From the NCBI GenBank assembly GCA_003512525.1, contig DOQG01000071.1, positions 1,587 to 65,586 on the forward strand: 64,000 nt of DNA, written 5' to 3'. Below the pieces are notes generated by a model. That model did not search any database and was not told the DNA's origin. It saw only the letters and a program-made list of their open reading frames with translations. This document shows positions 58,981-64,000 of the stretch, in pieces. The first letter of the stretch is position 1, and each line of letters opens with the position of its first letter. The position numbers and the translations under genes are program-made. The stretch is from Oscillospiraceae bacterium (GTDB taxonomy: Bacteria > Bacillota > Clostridia > Oscillospirales > Ruminococcaceae).

Positions 58981-61386
58981 ATGGTATTCAACGGTTTTAC
59001 AGATAAAGCTAACGATGCACTTACCTGCGCTCTGACCGGTGCTATGAGTATGGGGCATACCTATGTCGGCAGTGAGCATATTCTGTACGGATTATGTGCT
59101 TGTAAGGGCGGGGTGGCATCTATGGTACTTGAACAGAGCGGTGTAACTTGCGCCGCCGTTATTTCGCGCATAAACTCGCTTATCGGAAAAGGTCTGCCGA
59201 CAACGCTGGATGTATCGGATTTTACGCCGAGGAGTAAGCGTATACTTGAAGAGTCTGTGTTGATAGCAAGAAATTCGGGCAGGAATGTTGCAGGCACAGA
59301 GCATATTCTGCGTGCAATAATGCGTGACAGTGAATGCTATGCCTCTGTGTTTCTGCGTGAGATGGGGCTTGACTGCGAAACTGTTATTAACAGGTGTGCA
59401 GATCCGCTTAAGAAAACCACACAAGTAAAAAGCACAGATACCAAGAACAGCAAAGAATTGTCTTCCACTCTTGCAAAGTACGGCAGAGATCTTACGGCGG
59501 CGGCACGCAAAGGTAAGCTTGATCCTTGCCTTTGCCGCAAAAAGGAAACAGGTAGGGTTATCGAGATACTTCTCAGGCGCACAAAGAATAACCCGTGTCT
59601 GGTAGGTGAGCCGGGTGTAGGAAAAACGGCTATCGCAGAGGGGCTTGCAATAAGGATCGCAGAGGGTAAAGTTCCTGACGAACTTCAGACAAAGCGCATA
59701 TATATGCTTGATATAACAGCGATGCTAGCCGGTGCAAAATATCGCGGAGATTTTGAAGAGCGGTTGAAAGCCGTATTTGATGAGATAATAAATGACGGCA
59801 ATATTATAGTGTTCATTGATGAAATTCACAATATCGTCGGTGCAGGTGCGGCTGAGGGTGCTATAGATGCGGCAAACATACTTAAGCCTATGCTTGCAAG
59901 GGGAGAAGTAAGGCTTATCGGAGCTACCACTAATTCAGAGTACAGGAGATATATTGAAAAGGACGCGGCACTTGAACGTCGTTTGCAACCTGTAAGTGTA
60001 TCGGAGCCTGATGTGAACGAAACAATAACTATCCTGAATGGGCTTAAAGGACGTTATGAGAGTTATCATAGGGTAAAAATTACCGACGGGGCGATAAAAG
60101 CGGCTGTTGAGCTTTCGGTACGGTATATAAACGATCGTTTCCTGCCCGATAAAGCGATTGATCTTATAGATGAAGCTTCGGCAAAAGTGAGAGCTTCACA
60201 AACAATAAAAGGAGAAACGGCAAATCGGAATAACAGATTAAAAGAGCTGTCTGAGAGAAAAATAAAAGCAATAAATGATAAGGATTTTGCACTTGCGTTA
60301 AGACTCCGTGAAGAGGAAAGGGCAGTTGCGGCAGGTGTACAGGCTGACAGCCCGTTCGCTATATTGACAGAGAAAGATATAGCCGATGTTGTGACAAGTT
60401 ATACAGGTATACCTTTAGACTATGATGGCGACAACGCTAAAAAGCTTGTTGAGCTTGAAAGAATACTGTCAGAAAGGATAACAGGTCAGACTGAGGCGAT
60501 ATCAGCTGTTGCAAATGCCGTAAGAAGAGGTCGCTCCGGGCTTTCCGATGAACATCGTCCTATAGGCTCATTTATTTTCCTTGGTACAAGCGGAGTAGGC
60601 AAGACTAAGTGCTGTAAGGAGCTGGCGGGAGCTTTATTCGGTGATGAAAAGGCTTTGATACGTTTTGATATGTCAGAGTACAGCGAAAAGCACTCAGTAT
60701 CAAAGCTTATAGGTGCTCCTGCGGGATATGTGGGGTATGAGGACGGAGGAAAGCTGATTGACAGAGTAAGAGGCAAGCCCTACAGCGTTGTATTATTTGA
60801 TGAAATAGAAAAAGCCCATCCCGATATATTTGATATTTTGTTACAGGTGCTTGATGACGGACATCTGACCGACTCTGCAGGAAGAACGGCGGATTTCACA
60901 AACACGGTTATTATAATGACAGGAAATATAGGAAGCAGACTTATAAGCGGAGGCAAAAACAAGTTAGGCTTCTGCACTCAGCAAAGACAAACAGTAATAT
61001 CAGAGCTAATAAGAAATGAACTTAAGGAATATTTCCGACCTGAATTTCTAAGCAGGGTAGACGAAGTTATAGTATTCAATGAGCTTGGTATGAACGATTT
61101 TAAGCAGATATGCGGCAATATGCTTGCAAAGCTCGCAAAGAGGTGTAGTCGGCAGGGAGTGTCGCTGTCGTGGAGTGAGCGTTTGTCAGACAGAATATGC
61201 GCTGATGCGGAAAAAATGCATGAAGGTGCGCGACCTATAGCAAAGCTGATCGATAAGAATGTTATGGACCGTATATCCGACGGTATAATAAAAGGTGAAT
61301 TTTCAGACGGCGATGAAATATATGCCGATATTTCGGATAGCGGCAATTATACTGTGAGAAAAATGTGCGCGGATAAGCTGGGATAA
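58981..61386 (+). CDS. clpC: ATP-dependent Clp protease ATP-binding subunit ClpC (class III AAA+ chaperone)
   Basis: Two Clp_N repeats, two AAA+ modules ([16 protein letters not shown]), UVR-like segment between them. No ctsR or mcsAB upstream. Confidence 0.85.
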   Translation: MVFNGFTDKANDALTCALTGAMSMGHTYVGSEHILYGLCACKGGVASMVLEQSGVTCAAVISRINSLIGKGLPTTLDVSDFTPRSKRILEESVLIARNSGRNVAGTEHILRAIMRDSECYASVFLREMGLDCETVINRCADPLKKTTQVKSTDTKNSKELSSTLAKYGRDLTAAARKGKLDPCLCRKKETGRVIEILLRRTKNNPCLVGEPGVGKTAIAEGLAIRIAEGKVPDELQTKRIYMLDITAMLAGAKYRGDFEERLKAVFDEIINDGNIIVFIDEIHNIVGAGAAEGAIDAANILKPMLARGEVRLIGATTNSEYRRYIEKDAALERRLQPVSVSEPDVNETITILNGLKGRYESYHRVKITDGAIKAAVELSVRYINDRFLPDKAIDLIDEASAKVRASQTIKGETANRNNRLKELSERKIKAINDKDFALALRLREEERAVAAGVQADSPFAILTEKDIADVVTSYTGIPLDYDGDNAKKLVELERILSERITGQTEAISAVANAVRRGRSGLSDEHRPIGSFIFLGTSGVGKTKCCKELAGALFGDEKALIRFDMSEYSEKHSVSKLIGAPAGYVGYEDGGKLIDRVRGKPYSVVLFDEIEKAHPDIFDILLQVLDDGHLTDSAGRTADFTNTVIIMTGNIGSRLISGGKNKLGFCTQQRQTVISELIRNELKEYFRPEFLSRVDEVIVFNELGMNDFKQICGNMLAKLAKRCSRQGVSLSWSERLSDRICADAEKMHEGARPIAKLIDKNVMDRISDGIIKGEFSDGDEIYADISDSGNYTVRKMCADKLG

Positions 61387-61515
61387 TCGGATATAAGAAT
61401 GCGCTGAAAAGCTAAATTTGAAGAGCTTGTTTGACAGTGCCCGGGTTAGTGCCGCCGGTCTGAGCATTGACGCTTGCAGTCAGCCGCATAAGGTCACTGC
61501 CGGGGACGCATAAAA

Positions 61516-61566
61516 ACAGCCACACAGTGCCGTTGCGCGATGCAACGGTTCTGTGTGGCTGTTGAC
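61516..61566 (-). terminator. long compound hairpin terminating the Sel1-repeat gene (- strand)
   Basis: cagccacacag..ctgtgtggctg with an inner ccgttgc/gcaacgg stem, followed by TTTTTAT on -. Confidence 0.7.
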
Positions 61567-61716
61567 CTGTACAGTGCTTCGCTTCAGAAGCAAGTACACT
61601 TGATCCAAATGAACTTGCGTATATGCAAAACCGACAGAGCAGGGAATAGTGACACTGCATTTTGGAGTTTTATCTGTTTTTCTGCAGTTTATATAATGTG
61701 TCACAGCTATGTATTT

Positions 61717-64000
61717 TTACATTGCAGGTACAGCTTCTGTAGAAAAATACTGCTGTACATCTTCGTCATTGCTAAAGTCCTCAAAGCCTTTTGCTATATC
61801 TTCTTCAGATGGCGATGCGATATAATTGCGGAGCATACATATCTCTTCAACCATAGGAGTGAGTTTATTACGGCAGAAGACCTTTCTGTCACTTGACTGG
61901 AATATGTCGCGCAGACCGCTGTCTGTCAACAGATCAGAGCCTCTGAGGTCATCTATCACCAGATTTAGTTCATCTTCTGCAAGCATATACTCTTCTGCCA
62001 GCATTCCCAGTTCACCGTTCAGAATTTCCAGCATTTTATCGCCATCATTCTCAATAAATACATCTAATGTGCATTTTACAGCCTTGCTTGCAACAGAAGA
62101 CGCAACAGCCGAACCGATAAAGCCGCCGATAAACGTACCAACAACAGGAATTACCGAACCACAGGCTGCGCCGACCGCAAATCCTGCACTGCCTGCCGCA
62201 ACGCTTGCAGTGGTTACGGCGACATTCTTAAATAATTGTTCTTTGGATATTCTGCCGCTTATTATACGCAATATATCTGCCGATGATAAGACAGCAATAG
62301 TTACCGCACCGGTCACTACACTTCCCTTCAAAAAGTTTTTAGCTTCTGATGCAGATGCCGCAGTGCCTGTACTTTTACTGACTACTTTTTGTAGTGATTT
62401 TGAATTTGCCATCTTATTTAACATATGACTATTCTCAAGTGCATTTACTACCGGCGTAGCTTTAAGCAATTGGCTTGAAATCATTGTAATAGCAAATGTA
62501 GTTCCGAAAGCTTTAGCTGTAGCCCGGAGTGTGGACTTTACCGCTTCTTCATTATCTGCACCGTTTATCTTAGATACGCTGAATGTAACTATAGCTGAAA
62601 TCATCGCACCTCTCGTAGCTGTCACGATGCCGAGCTTTGCATCGACTTTCAAAGACTCTATAGTTCCGAATTTACCTATGTTTTCCACTTGCTTGTTTGA
62701 GTATTTACTTGCTTGAGTATATTTATTTGCGTATTCTTCTCCTTTATTATCTATAACCATTTTCCGGTATTCATCATACGTGTCTGAAGTAGTTTCAATT
62801 ACCATCGGTTTGCCGTTTTCACCAACATATATTGGATTTCCGTTTTTATCAAACGTATGATTATATAGCATTTTAGCATCTCTATAGCATTTAGACTGAA
62901 TTTCGGTCTGTTTAAAAAGACCTACAACTCGATCTGCTCCACCTTTTACGTTATCTCCGCCTTTCCATGATGCGGCTTTGAAGTGGAACAAATCTTCAAC
63001 ATGATTTGCATATTCAAACGCGTGTCCGTGACCTTGAACCTGTCTGAATTTTGTAAAGTTCATAAATATCGAACCAACGTTGGACTGATTTAAAGACACC
63101 TGAGCAGATGATATAAGATTTCTTTCTAGACCTGCATATTTACGTTTTAATTTCTTTATCCTGTCTTCGGGAAGATTTTTAGATTCTTCTATAGGATAAT
63201 TAAAAACATACGAATTAAGACCTATTCCGTTAATACAGTTTTCATCAAGCTCTTTTGTTTCGCTGATATACAGATCATCATCTTCGCTTTCATCAGCATA
63301 AACCTTACTCATTGTCCTGAGCGAATTGAGATACTTCTTTGTATAATCACGCCAGTTTTCAGAATAATAATCTCCGCCGAGAGCCGCCTTTGCGTACAGT
63401 TCGTTGGCGTGCATAATATCCTTTTTTACTCCCAGTCCGAACTGATACATTACGGCAAGATCGCGCAGTGCGTCTACCATACCTCTCTCGGCAGCCTCTT
63501 TCATATAGTAGACAGCCTGTTCACAGTTTTTATCCTTATAGAACAGCATGAGAGCATAATAATAACAGCCTATAGAATAGTTGGGCTCTGATTTATTTAT
63601 CTGCTTGATTTTTTCAAGGTAGTACAGTGCTTTTTCAACATCGGCTTCTACCCATTCACCTGTAAAATAAAGAATACCGAGATTTATACCCGCAGCCGCA
63701 TATCCCTGTCTATCAGCCAGTTCATGCAACCAGTCAATGCCTGTCTGTGCTTTTTCGTTATAATCTTTATTTTCGATATAAAGCATCGATAACAAGTATT
63801 TCGCCTGGCAGTCAACATCTTTAACAGATGTAAGCAATTCATGTGCCTTTCTGATATTTTTATCACAACCATATCCGTAAAGATAGCAAATTCCGAGATT
63901 AACCTTAAGGCTGACAGGTATTTTATCGTATTCTACAGTGTCATATATACGTTTGTAAATGCCAAACGCTTTTTTATGTTCGGTATGTTCTCTGTTTATA
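61717..64000 (-). CDS. Sel1-repeat (TPR-like) protein with C-terminal Gly-zipper hydrophobic segment; partial, the N-terminus extends beyond the window
   Basis: Sel1-type repeats (GI..G.LY..G.GV..D...A..Y..KAA) in the N-terminal 200 aa. The reading frame stays open upstream of the annotated TTG to position 64000. The C-terminus has GxxxG-rich VAAGSAGFAVGAACGSVIPVVGTFIGGFIGSAV. Confidence 0.6.
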   Translation of the reverse strand, partial: INREHTEHKKAFGIYKRIYDTVEYDKIPVSLKVNLGICYLYGYGCDKNIRKAHELLTSVKDVDCQAKYLLSMLYIENKDYNEKAQTGIDWLHELADRQGYAAAGINLGILYFTGEWVEADVEKALYYLEKIKQINKSEPNYSIGCYYYALMLFYKDKNCEQAVYYMKEAAERGMVDALRDLAVMYQFGLGVKKDIMHANELYAKAALGGDYYSENWRDYTKKYLNSLRTMSKVYADESEDDDLYISETKELDENCINGIGLNSYVFNYPIEESKNLPEDRIKKLKRKYAGLERNLISSAQVSLNQSNVGSIFMNFTKFRQVQGHGHAFEYANHVEDLFHFKAASWKGGDNVKGGADRVVGLFKQTEIQSKCYRDAKMLYNHTFDKNGNPIYVGENGKPMVIETTSDTYDEYRKMVIDNKGEEYANKYTQASKYSNKQVENIGKFGTIESLKVDAKLGIVTATRGAMISAIVTFSVSKINGADNEEAVKSTLRATAKAFGTTFAITMISSQLLKATPVVNALENSHMLNKMANSKSLQKVVSKSTGTAASASEAKNFLKGSVVTGAVTIAVLSSADILRIISGRISKEQLFKNVAVTTASVAAGSAGFAVGAACGSVIPVVGTFIGGFIGSAVASSVASKAVKCTLDVFIENDGDKMLEILNGELGMLAEEYMLAEDELNLVIDDLRGSDLLTDSGLRDIFQSSDRKVFCRNKLTPMVEEICMLRNYIASPSEEDIAKGFEDFSNDEDVQQYFSTEAVPAM

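Overview
This 64-kb window looks like chromosome from a spore-forming, low-to-moderate-GC Clostridia, probably Oscillospiraceae/Ruminococcaceae-like. The siropin-type serpins and the spoIIIA operon support that placement, but it is an inference from gene content. Most of the window is syntenic core genome on the + strand: initiator tRNA-fMet; an rSAM pair (TIGR03960/TIGR03936); rplS-lepB-rbgA-rnhB-yraN; thrC; tig-clpP-clpX; rpsO-pnp; tepA-like-uppP-ftsK; an SDR oxidoreductase; GH26; aspS; a dCache methyl-accepting chemotaxis protein; the complete spoIIIAA-AH operon; then rplM-rpsI on the - strand; pfkA; two tandem serpin lipoproteins; xylB-tal-glyA-prs-rarA; typA; and clpC. The main accessory feature is a small island between the spoIIIAH terminator and rpsI (about 32.4-34.3 kb). 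It carries a C-terminal tyrosine-integrase remnant, a duplicated 24-bp hairpin flanking a GC-rich 175-bp insert, and a low-GC (about 31 percent) two-gene operon. That operon encodes a small 3-TM SLATT-like membrane protein followed by a TIR-domain protein with the conserved W..E(L) NADase motif. I consider this TM+TIR pair the best candidate for an undescribed TIR-signalling defence or abortive-infection module. Other items worth a second look are a 47-aa Cys/Gly-rich membrane peptide gene missed by the ORF track (58677-58820, - strand), a 1.2-kb ORF-free block with two consensus promoters at 55.4-56.7 kb, two large uncharacterised cytosolic proteins (592 aa and 1225 aa; the latter has FN3-like repeats and a CapA-like domain), a partial Sel1-repeat protein with a Gly-zipper C-terminus, a frame-split MCP and a split TauE/SafE exporter behind a structured leader. 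I found no CRISPR array, rRNA or intact transposase.
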